A program made the translations under genes and the position numbers. The notes below the pieces were generated by a model. It saw only the letters and a program-made list of their open reading frames with translations, made no database searches and had not been told where the DNA came from. Below, one piece after another: positions 1 through 9,505 of a stretch of DNA of 20,000 nucleotides; positions within the stretch are counted from its first letter, which is position 1; each line of letters begins with the position of its first letter. The stretch is from Catajapyx aquilonaris (Eukaryota), in assembly GCA_000934665.2 (NCBI GenBank), contig KZ538581.1, positions 56,544 to 76,543 of the forward strand, written 5' to 3'.

Positions 1-187
1 AAATGCAAAGCTGGTTTGACAACCAGTCCAAAAACCTATTTTAAATATGAATCAAAAAGCTGCTACAACGGTGAAAAAAGTGTGTTGAAGTCTAGGGGGA
101 CTACATCAGTTCAAATAGTATAATGAAACATTGCGATTGTGTTGTAAGTAAAACTTACAGAAACAAATTGCCATTTCTACACTCACG
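1..187 (+). mobile_element. 3' end of a decayed mariner transposon: transposase C-terminus pseudogene plus degenerate right TIR, truncated by the window start
   Basis: The frame from nt 3 reads MQSWFDNQSKNLF*I*IKKLLQR*KKCVEV*GDYI (3-107). This matches the mariner C-terminal pattern WF..Q...F...GI.KL..RW.KC....GDY, with stops at the conserved G and W positions. The segment ends ...ACACTCACG followed by TA (188-189), resembling mariner ...CCCTCG|TA ends. Confidence 0.8.
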
Positions 188-519
188 TACAGTAATATGA
201 TTTCAGCGTTACTGGTTGTTGATAGAAATACGGATAACTTGTTCAGAATGTTATTAAAAGTATGTTAATCATTTACCAGAAAATCTGGATGACCCCGGCC
301 GTCTGATGGGGAAAAAAATTCAACTTCTCTTTTCTATGCCTCTCTATTACTCTCCATGCCTTGATTATGCCGTATTCCAAATCGCCTTTTTGAAGAGGCA
401 ATTACTCCTTGTCCCGAAGTTTAAGAAAGGTCTTGCATTGAATGCTGCCTGAATGCGCACAAACTTATCTCTCGCCTCCTACAGCCACAACTATATACCG
501 GTATACCCACCACCCCAAA

Positions 520-770
520 AGTCATGTAATGTGAGCCTGTTTGTTACGACCTGCAAGATTTAATGTATGCTGTTAGTCCACCATGTGAAACATCCTGTTA
601 CATTTCTTTTTCGCACAAAGCGACGTCCCACAAGATATGCAAAGAAGTGTCATGAACTCCTGAGCTCAAAACGTGCAACTTGTATCTTTCGCTTTAAACA
701 AACTGAAGCCAAAAAAGGGCCTCCGTCTCCTAGGATCTAAACTTTTTTCATAATCTCCCGACATGACATC
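520..770 (-). pseudogene. Possible highly decayed Ty3/Gypsy RNase H fragment
   Basis: The minus frame reads GDGGPFLASVCLKRK...ELRSS*HFFAYLVGRRFV...FTWWTN...NRLTLHDF. This resembles the Gypsy RNase H pattern PIAYAS..L / HF..YL.GR.F / RW...L..YDF. The catalytic residues are not cleanly preserved. Confidence 0.3.
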
Positions 771-1429
771 CTTTCGTAGAGCAACTCTCTCCACCTCCCC
801 CTCCCTCCCCCCCCATTTTCCTCCCCCCACCACCACAACCCAGCCTTTTCCCCATCCAAGCCGCTTTCCCACCTTCCTCCATTACCATGCATGAAAACCA
901 GAAGCCCCCTCAGGTCCATTTCTCACCGGTAGGAAAATGAAGGAGCGGAATACACGCCGCCTCCTAATCCGCGGAATGTTAAGTAGCGCCGTAAGAATAG
1001 ATTATGCGCAAGTATACATTGACCCGCTCTTATCCACATATTATAGCGCATATAGTTGCGAAAGGCTTGGGGAAGCAAGCCTCAGAGAGACAATACAATG
1101 CAATATGTGGGTAAAAACTTGTCAGGTGTAATTGTATAGTGGGGTAAATATTTGTCCAGGGCGTGCAGGAAACTTTCAGGTTTTTTTTTTGTACTTAGGA
1201 AATAAGAGGCATTCTAGTATATCGTATGTCTACTGTATTGTATATGAAAAGTGGGATACATTTTCACCCAGTTTCCAAAATACTAACCTCTCTGAATTTT
1301 TCCAGTAAGTATAAAGACACCTATAAAATACTTTCCACGATATTACAATGTTGTAAAGAGTAAGCGATTCACATTACTGAGTTTCATTTGCAATAATATA
1401 GCGTGTCAGAAAAATTACCAAGCATGCCC

Positions 1430-1845
1430 AGCACAGGTAGGCATATTAGTGATCCCGTTTTGCGGAATTCCCACAGGCATGGTGCTCTTTAGAGAGTCGT
1501 CATATGCGGACAGACATGCAATTCGGGGGTTTCGCTCGTGTGAATACAGAATGACTGTGTCTCTTATTCGATATAACGGAACGGTTCTCATGAGCAATTA
1601 TTTCCCAGATGAATTCGTTACAGGAAGCATGGAACACTGGGCACAAAATGTACATACTGTATAAAAAGAGCCCAGTTTCTGTAATTCACTGTCATAGATG
1701 TCATCAATGTTAAATGAATAGAGCGCACATTCAATTCGATATGTAGTACATGTGTGGGCAGTCTCCAACAAATTTTGATACGCTCAAGAGAAGCGGCAAC
1801 CGGGCTGACACAAAGAGAAAAGTGAAATATGTTCGGTTTGGCCAC
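1430..1845 (-). pseudogene. Decayed Tc1/mariner (rosa/DD41D-like) transposase fragment
   Basis: Minus-strand pieces read SPVAASLERI...HVLHIELNVRSIHLTLMTSM, TFCAQ, EFIWEIIAHE...NKRHS and YSHERNP...DSLKSTMPVGIPQNGI. They follow the order of the family pattern SP..S.R / IL...L..KPY.LQLVQ.L / R..FC / I.FSDE / N.HN / ENP / DSPK..VW.GI. The fragment contains frameshifts and a stop. Confidence 0.4.
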
Positions 1846-1909
1846 AAAGGAAAGTTTCCTTCTGTTTTGTCCAGCTCTCCAAAAATATTATTTTGCCTGA
1901 AGGTGTAAG

Positions 1910-1997
1910 TGGGGGGTGTAAGTGGAGACGGTGGGAGGAGGGTGCAAGGGGGCAGGCGGGTGGGAGGGGGGGGGGGGGGCTTTNGAAAACTTGGGGG
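1910..1997 (+). repeat. G-rich low-complexity tract with G-quadruplex potential
   Basis: Multiple runs of 3 or more G (gggggg, ggg, ggggg, ggg, ggg, long poly-G) with one ambiguous N nearby. A C-rich tract of similar character lies at about 790-870. Confidence 0.6.
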
Positions 1998-2464
1998 AAG
2001 ATTTATTGGGCTAGACATGAAGAAAACGCCTGACACGCAGTGATGAAGCGGGTGTCGCCCCTTCCGGGTAAATACATTAATTCCGGGCGATCGAGGCGAC
2101 AGCGAAGAAGGAGAGGAGGGAAGTGAAGTGACGAGGAAAAATTGGGAAGCTCGAGGTGCACCGCACGAGAAAAGAAGGTGGGCTAGGACTCACCCTCAAA
2201 CTTTTCCCCACAACCGCCTGGAAACAATGTTACCAGGAAGAAGTTATCGCCCACAGCTTCCCTGGAGGAATTGATGCAAAGTTAAAATGCACCTTAATAA
2301 GTACGACAATTGCATGTTTATGAATAGGGGGGCGAAGAGGGAGGGAAAGCATGAAAGCTGATCATGATGTAGCCGATGGGGATGGCTCAATAAATATTCA
2401 CAGACACATAAACAGAGTGACCAGAAAAATCAGGCAGCATCGATATAATTAATGTGATCAGTGT

Positions 2465-2725
2465 TTCGTAATTATTCCGACAAACTTTTAGGGTGAACTC
2501 CTAGGCATCAATTGATAAATTATCTCGGTAACTAGACTGTGGTGGCCAAATCTCGCTTCTACACAACATGATCCTGTGATATTCAGGAGTTCGCCCTGTA
2601 AGTTTGTTGGAATTATTACGACACTGTTCTGCATACAGTATAAATGAACAATTAACGTTTTAAGCGTTATCATCCCAATTGGTATTTAACCGCAGCCTTG
2701 TATCACCTGGAGTATACTCTGCAGG
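2465..2725 (-). pseudogene. Decayed Ty3/Gypsy aspartic protease fragment
   Basis: Minus strand ...ctccaggtgatacaaggctgcggtt gives LQ(V)DT(G)AAV with small indels. It is followed by NSVVIIPTNLQGELLNITGSCCVEARFGHHSL and then SL.G. This matches the Gypsy protease pattern VDTGAAVS...V.L.TY.GE.L.I.G...V.V.Y...LLG. Confidence 0.5.
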
Positions 2726-2844
2726 CACACAATACGAATCCAAGGCTGGTCCCAGACTGTAAAATGTGCTCACGTTCCAGTCTGTAAGTTGTAGGCATTC
2801 AGAACCAACCATGGATGGATGGGGTTCTACAACTGATGAGCAAA

Positions 2845-3380
2845 ATGTTAAGCCACGTTTGGAGATGGGCTTACACTAATATGACTTTTAACTCCCTCCT
2901 TAGATTGTTCAATTTGCCCTACACTATGCATGACCTGTAGCTAAAAAGAGCATTAACTGCTCCTTAAAACATTGGGTAAGAGTTTTCGATTCGATCCTGC
3001 TGCCTCCCCAGATATAAAGAAGAATCCTAAATAATCTGACCCGAGTATGCTCATGGGAATAAGACGATTTCTTACCCACTTGGCTGGTGCATGGAGAGGC
3101 TGAATAAATCGAGGTAACGTCAAGATGATGCCGACTTGAGTTATAACTGCGACCCTTGTTTGCCCTCTCGGCTCTCAATTTCTCCGGGGAAGCTCCCTCG
3201 AGGACCCTTCTATACCAATTAGCTGGCCTTATGCGTGTCCGAATCTTCAGGGACAAATAACGCTAGCAGGAATTTGCTCATCGTTCCGGAGAAAGCCAGT
3301 AGCCTAGCCCACTTGGGAAATGCTGACTACCAGATAAAGGGTGCATTGGTCTCTTCCTTTCTAGTGGTATTCAGGCTAAG
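2845..3380 (-). mobile_element. Decayed 3' end of a CR1-group (L2/Daphne/Crack-like) LINE
   Basis: The minus translation reads NAPFIW*S..., LSLKIR...WYRRVLEGASPEKL...RSYNSSRHHLDV...QVGKKSSY...RLFRIL...CFKEQLMLFL. This follows the ORF2 C-terminal pattern G..P.YL / YNTR / GKKSF.Y / LWN.LP / FK..LK.FL. A downstream taagcc...ggctta stem-loop (2849-2873) is typical of these 3' UTRs. Confidence 0.55.
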
Positions 3381-4194
3381 GTACAGTACTAGTACAGTCA
3401 CACACATACATAATGGCATGGTGTCTACCATTAGAAAGTGGATCAAATCAGCAGGTTTGGGAATTCCGATAATAGGTCTCGATTATCAAAAAACAGCTGA
3501 AGAGAATCCTCATACTTCATATCTAGCTCCAGTTCCTCCAGTATTTGGCGGATCTTATTTGATTCGAACCAGACTAAGTTTACTGCAGGTACTGTACTCA
3601 AGCTACAAAATTACTCCATGGCAGTAATTATTATACTCTATGGTTATATCGTTGGTGGAGAAACACTGCTGTAATCCTCTGATACGATACGAGTGTAAAC
3701 TAAATTCTGTTACACCGGTACTGTAATATATGCTGTATATCTAAGAACGCCCCCTGAGGTACTACAGTACAAGTACTAGTTCGAGAACAGCTGCAGTATG
3801 TACGTAATAATTTTTTTTAAACTTAAGAAACACGGCGAAGGAAATTTAAAACGGGCTATGCAGACCTGGGGGTGGATTCATCAAATGTCGTAAGTCAAAT
3901 ATTTTCGTAGTAACCGGTCGTAACCATAGTATATTACTATTAAAGTAATGACCCTTATTTCACTTGAAGAAGGCCACAAATGGCTCTTCTCGAAGTGAAA
4001 GACACGGAAAACCCTTATCACGCGTAGTTTTTCTCGCCATTTACACTATTACCGCACACGAGCTGTGGAAGCGGGCTCGACTTCTACGGTTAAGAGCAGG
4101 ACAATTTTCATCACAGTGTCCACGTCTCGCAAAATTTTAATAATACCAACAAATTTTTAAATAACAATAAACAACAATAATAACAATAATAATA

Positions 4195-4462
4195 CAGTGT
4201 ATTCCCGATTATCCGTGCTAATTGATGCACAGGTATGCTCGGATAATCCGAAAATGGTCCTAGCTACCGTAAAACTGATCTATTGACAGGTTTTGAATTA
4301 ACTACTCTACGTACTGTTTGCTGTTTTAAATAAGGTTGAATTAAAATAATAGAATAAAACCATATATTTTTCATTTCTCTTTTGGAAAAATTCTGTTAAA
4401 TTTCTTGCTTTGCGAGACTTTTTTGACAGATAATCCGCATCCGGATAATCGGAAATACAGTG
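4195..4462. mobile_element. Pogo/Tigger-like (Tc1/mariner superfamily) MITE, 268 bp
   Basis: The left end is TA|CAGTGTATTCCCGATTATCCG and the right end is CGGATAATCGGAAATACAGTG|TA, giving a 21-bp TIR with 2 mismatches. The TA TSD lies at 4193-94 and 4463-64. The GATAATCC motif recurs internally. Confidence 0.85.
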
Positions 4463-4464
4463 TA

Positions 4465-4484
4465 ATGATGATGATGATGATGAT
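4465..4484 (+). repeat. (ATG)n microsatellite; an imperfect (AAT/AAC)n tract lies on the other side of the MITE at about 4160-4192
   Basis: atgatgatgatgatgatgat read directly from the sequence. Confidence 0.9.
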
Positions 4485-5019
4485 AAAAAAAGAATAAAAT
4501 AAAATAATAAAAGCAGGTAGTCATGCTGCATATCTGAGTCGCTCAGTTCCGCGAAAATTTTCTGAACTGAACAGTGGGTGACAAAATAATAGCCTATGGT
4601 TCAGGATATTCCAATGTTAAAATGTTCTCTACGATTTATTAGACTACAATAAGCTGTTATTTAAGCAGTTATTTTCATAGTTACTTTTAGTGGTTATCAA
4701 AAATATTAGCCCCTAATTTTAGGCTTTGTGGAGCCATACCTTTTAAAGCTTGTGGAGGGGTTTGGCTACAATTGTGGATTCTGTCACTAAAGTTAGATGT
4801 AAGTTATTGTTCCAATCAGCAATTTTTGAACGGAAATTCGCTGCAATTCACTTAATGGTTAGTTGATTTATTGCGTCATACTATTAGCGGCTAAAGCTTT
4901 TGAAAACCACTAAAAGTAACTCTGCAAAAGTAAAGGCTTTAAAAAAGCACCTTAGCGATAACAAATCACTAACCACTCAGAGAATTTCAATTGGAGCGTC
5001 CTGTTTAATGTATACCGAT

Positions 5020-5215
5020 CAGTGGCGGATCCGGCAAGTTTTTCTCGGGAAAATTTTTTCGGGTCAAGGTCACAACCCTTCCTTGCGACCCCAAATTTGG
5101 GGCAAAAAGGAAAAGAACCCATAGAACCGTGCAATTTTGCACTGTTCTAGAGGATTTTTGCGAGTTCCCCCCCCCCCCGNTGCCCCCCCCCCCCGCCCCC
5201 CTGGATCCGCCCCTG
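5020..5215. mobile_element. hAT-type (Tip100-like termini) MITE, 196 bp
   Basis: TIRs are CAGTGGCGGATCC and GGATCCGCCCCTG (13 bp, 1 mismatch). An exact 8-bp TSD ATACCGAT lies at 5012-5019 and 5216-5223. There is a subterminal poly-C tract. Confidence 0.9.
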
Positions 5216-5389
5216 ATACCGATACATGTGGCAAAACCAAATAACATTGAAAGTTTGGGCACACTAAATATTTAATAATAATAATAATCGCCAATAGTTT
5301 TACATGTCCGCTTTTGTCGCCAGACCACTGTGACATATCTCATAATGTCACATTGGCAAAACAATATACATCTAACTACATTGGTATGA

Positions 5390-5983
5390 TTTTTTTAAAA
5401 TTTTTATTACCGAACCCCACTCTCAGGCCTTGGGCCCTTTTTAGCGGAGTGGAATACCACTATTTTTGGAACCATATAATGTATATATGTTAATTGTTCC
5501 AAGGGTAAGTAGGAGAGGATGTGCAAAGTGCAAGTGAGGGTTCTTTGGAAAAAGGGCAGATGTCAAGAAATTCCCAATTTCAAACTACCACGTCAGTATT
5601 CATCTGGCAACCCTGACGCTCACGTGGAAAAATTCTCAAGCCAAAAGGGCAGTTCTACTAGTCGCAAATCAAAATCTAATTCTCAAATTAACATTGTGAG
5701 CAATGGCCGAGAGTCCGAGACAGCCACATGTATGTCTTTCCTGGGAAATTCACTTTTAGTGACATCTGCCCTTTTTCCAAAGAACCCCTCAAGTGCAATG
5801 TCGCATATTGGTCATTTTGTGTACTCCCCCGGGTGGATTAGTCTAGCGGAAATTTCCACCCGAGACGAAGCCAGAGATGGCCCAACTCTGCACGAGATGA
5901 AGGGGGGAACCCCGGGCTGGGATCGAACCCGGGACCTTAACATCCGTGGGCGCATACGTTACCGCAGCACCACTCCGCCTCCT
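5390..5983 (-). mobile_element. Full-length tRNA-derived SINE (about 335 bp without the nested MITE)
   Basis: The minus-strand head has an A box TGGTGCTGCGG and a B box GGTTCGATCCC. A LINE-like 3' stem-loop (ccactc...gagtgg, 5417-5452) precedes an A-rich tail. An exact 13-bp TSD TACATTGGTATGA lies at 5377-5389 and 5984-5996. Confidence 0.9.
5536..5790. mobile_element. MITE with GAG termini and 4-bp TSD (Sola2-like), nested inside the SINE
   Basis: The 30-bp TIR GAGGGTTCTTTGGAAAAAGGGCAGATGTCA (5536-5565) matches 5760-5790 except for one extra base. TSD AAGT lies at 5532-5535 and 5791-5794. GRG termini with a 4-bp TSD fit Sola2, but the superfamily is less certain than the element itself. Confidence 0.85.
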
Positions 5984-6369
5984 TACATTGGTATGAGTTA
6001 TTATTACTATTTTCATTTTTCTTGTGGGCATGGACCGTGTTATGCAATAATGGGTCAACCCACAAAAATGTCAAAATTGAGTTAAGCCCAGGAAAGAATA
6101 GTACTGTACTTCATTCACTTAAAATCTGTTAAAATAAGGGAGGCGGTAATATATTAGGCGTTTTCTAGAGTTCAGCTCTGATTTCATACTATTCCCGCTT
6201 CGTCTGCTTCGTTGACGTATACATTCTCTCTTAATAATTTAATGGATTTCCGTGGCTACTTGTTTGTGACAGCTATTAATAACTGTAACTGACGCACAAA
6301 AAAAGGATTACTTTTCCTATTTCTGTGATTAGTAAAAACTAATTAACGCCAGAAAAAAAGAGAAGCAAC

Positions 6370-6905
6370 CTACAGCATGGACCTAACGCACTTTTCCAAC
6401 TTCATCAGGTTTCCGGAAGGATCTACTGTACGTCACGTACAAGAAACATCGCTGGGCCGTGACAGAACACAATATGAGCAAAGGCAACAGGTACCAGTTA
6501 GCCAGGAATCGCGCTGACCATATAAATGCTGTACTAGACTGCGACGAGGTCAACGTGGCACTTCGTCATTTGGCCAGCTCCAACGAGTCACGTAATATTT
6601 CTAGCAATTTCGGGCCTGATGATGCGTATATCCCTCGGATGAGGATATCCAGAATCATAATGGTAGAGCAATATAGTTTCCTCAGCTGATGCAGAACGAC
6701 TGCAATTCTCTGGTGTGCCACCTTCAGACAGTCCTGTTGATAAACTCTTGGCTTACTCTCTCGTGCGGAATCATCCCCCTCCTTTTGTTTCCCAGCCTCG
6801 CCTCCATTCATCTTGCGAGGCGTCTGTAACGAATGTGCTGTCATTGGCAGATTTCCGGCTTCCGATTTTCTTACTCCTAGAAAACTTATCTGCAGGTCCT
6901 GCCAT
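6370..6905 (-). pseudogene. Possible decayed N-terminal part of an invertebrate 'Mutator-like' DDE transposase
   Basis: ATG at 6905 begins MAGPADKFSRSKKIGSRK. Across frameshifts the sequence then gives SASA-RKL, (GY)RII...LLEILRDSL, YG..SWL...CCLCSYC and EV..VR*VHAV. These resemble the SASARKL / GYRIID / GL.S.L...C..C / E.N.R.VYA motifs. There are several stops. Confidence 0.35.
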
Positions 6906-7068
6906 CGACTCGATAACAGCTAGAAAAAAATACTTGCTGTTTGTGTGCTACCTGTCAGTGTATGTAGGCCTAGTTTATGTCTTAAAAAGTTTTGGGCAAA
7001 CTCGAGCAAGGTGAAGGTGTTTTCTTCGAATCTTTACTTTGCTTGAGTGCCTCCGGTTATACTGGGCA

Positions 7069-7313
7069 ACACCGAAGCAAGTTGGGGTAGTGGTTAAGGT
7101 TTCCGACTGCTAATCGGGAGGTCCTGGGTTCAATTCCCGGGGCCGGCGATCCTGACCGTGGTTTTCTGTCCCCCCNCCTCCCAGGATAATTCCGGGGTCG
7201 CTTCAGTATAATAGGCCACATATCCTTGGCCCCATCCAAGTGTCAAAGTTTCAGAAAAAAATTTGAGTGGCCGATTCTCCCAATGCAATGGTATCAAATA
7301 AATAAATAAATAA
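7069..7313 (+). mobile_element. Full-length tRNA-derived SINE, 245 bp
   Basis: The A box TGGGGTAGTGG is at 7083-7093 and the B box GGTTCAATTCC at about 7127-7137. Anticodon-like and T-arm stems are intact but the acceptor stem is broken. The tail is (AAAT)n. An exact 11-bp TSD TATACTGGGCA lies at 7058-7068 and 7314-7324. Confidence 0.92.
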
Positions 7314-9471
7314 TATACTGGGCATACAGGAGAAATACACTAACTTGTAAGACTAGCTTAAAAACCAGTTTAGAGGTGATCCGAAGCAAATGTTTGACCT
7401 GGCACTTATTTACATGCTATTGAAGAAAGAAAATACTTACTTTCTGGCTCATTATTCATCTTTAAACATAAATGGACTTCAACAGGTGACAAAGCACAAA
7501 ATGTGCTAATTAGTGGGGTAAATAACTTAAAATCGCCTATAAAAAGGACTTAATGAATTTTTCCTGTATGATGACGATATGTTTATCTCAGCCTTTCTGA
7601 CACCATATAATTATGTATAATACATGTGCGTGTAACTACATGCTCTAAAAATCTGTGCTCTCAGACAGCTCGGAAAAATGTAACACCGATTTCACAAATT
7701 TTTTTTCTGCAGTGAGCCTATGTGTGCGAATTGTCCTACCCGCGAAATCATTGGTAATGAAGAGGCTAATCACTTGGACAGGTAGTTGGCTATCTGGTTA
7801 AGACGCAGCACGAACCTTCAGAAAGATTCATGGTTGGGGGGGTTATGATGTGTGAACATGCAACTGAGGGAGGGTAACAAAATTATCACTGGTCTCAAAC
7901 CGAGAGAGAAAACCTACAGTTGAGTCCCAGAAACATGTAGATAAAGGGTTAGGTGTAAGTTGACCAGCACCAGGATACTGAAAATAACTGCAAGCCAAGG
8001 TGGAGATAAAGAGTTGGTGCGCTTCTGAGATGGTATTTACATGAGGTCGGATAAGCGCTTGAACACGAATGTACTTTTAATAACTAACGGGTACGGTATT
8101 GAAAAGTATCGCATGCGGAAAATTTCATTGGGGCTCGTTAGGCAGAGGTGTCTTACTTTGTCTGCACCAGACATATCTGATTATCTGCACGTATGAGTGG
8201 ATAATTGCCTCTCGGTTGGAACCCCCCCCCCNACCATTCCCTCTATCCATCCCCCACCCTTCCTCTCATTTTCCCAGAGTGTTTCTGAACGGTGTGGAGA
8301 TTTACACTTTAGAGACGAATAATAGTTATAACATTGAGGGGATTTCCGGGATCATTGGCTGAAAGTGCTGCTTGCTCGACCTTTCTATTGTTTTCCGAAT
8401 GGGAAATGCGCCAGAAGTCGAGAGTAGTAAAAATGGGCAACAGACTCCGTGAGACCGGATTTTATGGATCATTTCCCGCTATTGTGAACTAAAACATTTT
8501 TGTCCCTCCCCTCCCTCCCTTCAAAATAAAAAGCCAATTCTTACGTCTTGCCAACTGTTTGCAATCATTTTTGCTATTTCTGGTGCTGCTTCCCGACTTT
8601 TGCCAATCTGCAATCCTTGCCCGCGGTAGATGGAAACCAAACAAGTTGCAGAAGACGAAGCGTCGCCAAGAGTGGCAGCCAAGAGTTTTACAGCTTCTTG
8701 CTGTGCAATTCGGAGAAAGTTCATTCGTCCTAAAAGCTGTCGAATTAGAGAGACCCGGGCTTAGTCTCCAGGGCGGCATTTGCCGGTTCCATCAGATGGA
8801 AAAAGGCAATGCGGTTCAAATTACTTTGTATCTCTAGAGGCGGAAGCATAGAATGGGGGCGGAGAAAAAAAAGCACCAGAAAAAAGGAGAGAACAGAAAA
8901 AAAAAATCAGGCCAAGTATTTCATCTTAATGCTCCGCACGCGCACTCGACTCATTCTGGGAATTACCCCCACATTTTAGAAAATATTTTCATTAGTGCCA
9001 TTATTGTGTTCCGGCCCCTTTATCCTACCATGATCTACACCGAGCTGCTCAACCTTGTCCACAAATTCGTGCAAAATTGAATTCCAAATGAGATTTGGCG
9101 GCTTTCAAAAAAGGCGATCGAAGCGTGGACACTATAAAATCCGTGCCGGTCCACCACCGACGATAAACAGGTAACCTTTTATAACCGGGCCCTCCGGTTA
9201 TTATCTTATAGAGCCCTACAATTGGTGCCAGTCGGCAGCAAAACAATCAAATCATAACAAGTCGCCGCGACCTCCCTTAGAACGCGTGACCTGCTTGTAA
9301 AATCTCATAAATGTTTGGAAACGGTTCTATTTCGGACTCTTTAGTCTTATTTATTGCGATGTGCCGAATTGTCGCGTGACCAGATAAGGCCTGGCCAAAA
9401 ATTCACTGTTATGTTCCGGCTGCCTTTGCCCGCATTTGTTTTCCTCTTACTGCATCACTTGCTTCTTCTTA

Positions 9472-9505
9472 GAAGAAGAAGAAGAAGAAGAAGAAGAAAA
9501 AAAAA
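9472..9505 (+). repeat. (GAA)9 microsatellite running into poly-A
   Basis: Read directly from the sequence. It is preceded by cttcttctt, which could fold back on it. Confidence 0.95.

Noticed and set aside
2833..2875. Hammerhead ribozyme (CTGATGA core), also considered at 6402, 6617 and 15268
   Set aside because: None has a correctly placed GAAA with stems I-III.
3866..4130. Harbinger-like element starting CTG|GGGGTGGATTCATCAAA
   Set aside because: It looks like a TIR, but I found no matching second end in the window.
5519..6085. Longest ORF (188 aa) as a host gene
   Set aside because: It runs across a MITE and the antisense strand of a SINE, has no recognisable domain, and is explained by the nested insertion.
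7075..7148. Functional tRNA-Ser(GCT) gene
   Set aside because: The acceptor stem is broken, there is no long variable arm, and the sequence continues into a SINE body with an (AAAT)n tail and TSD.
7745..8020. LINE apurinic endonuclease remnant on the minus strand (HNPPN...LFITNDF)
   Set aside because: Only two weak motif resemblances (YRPP, GDFN), which could be chance.
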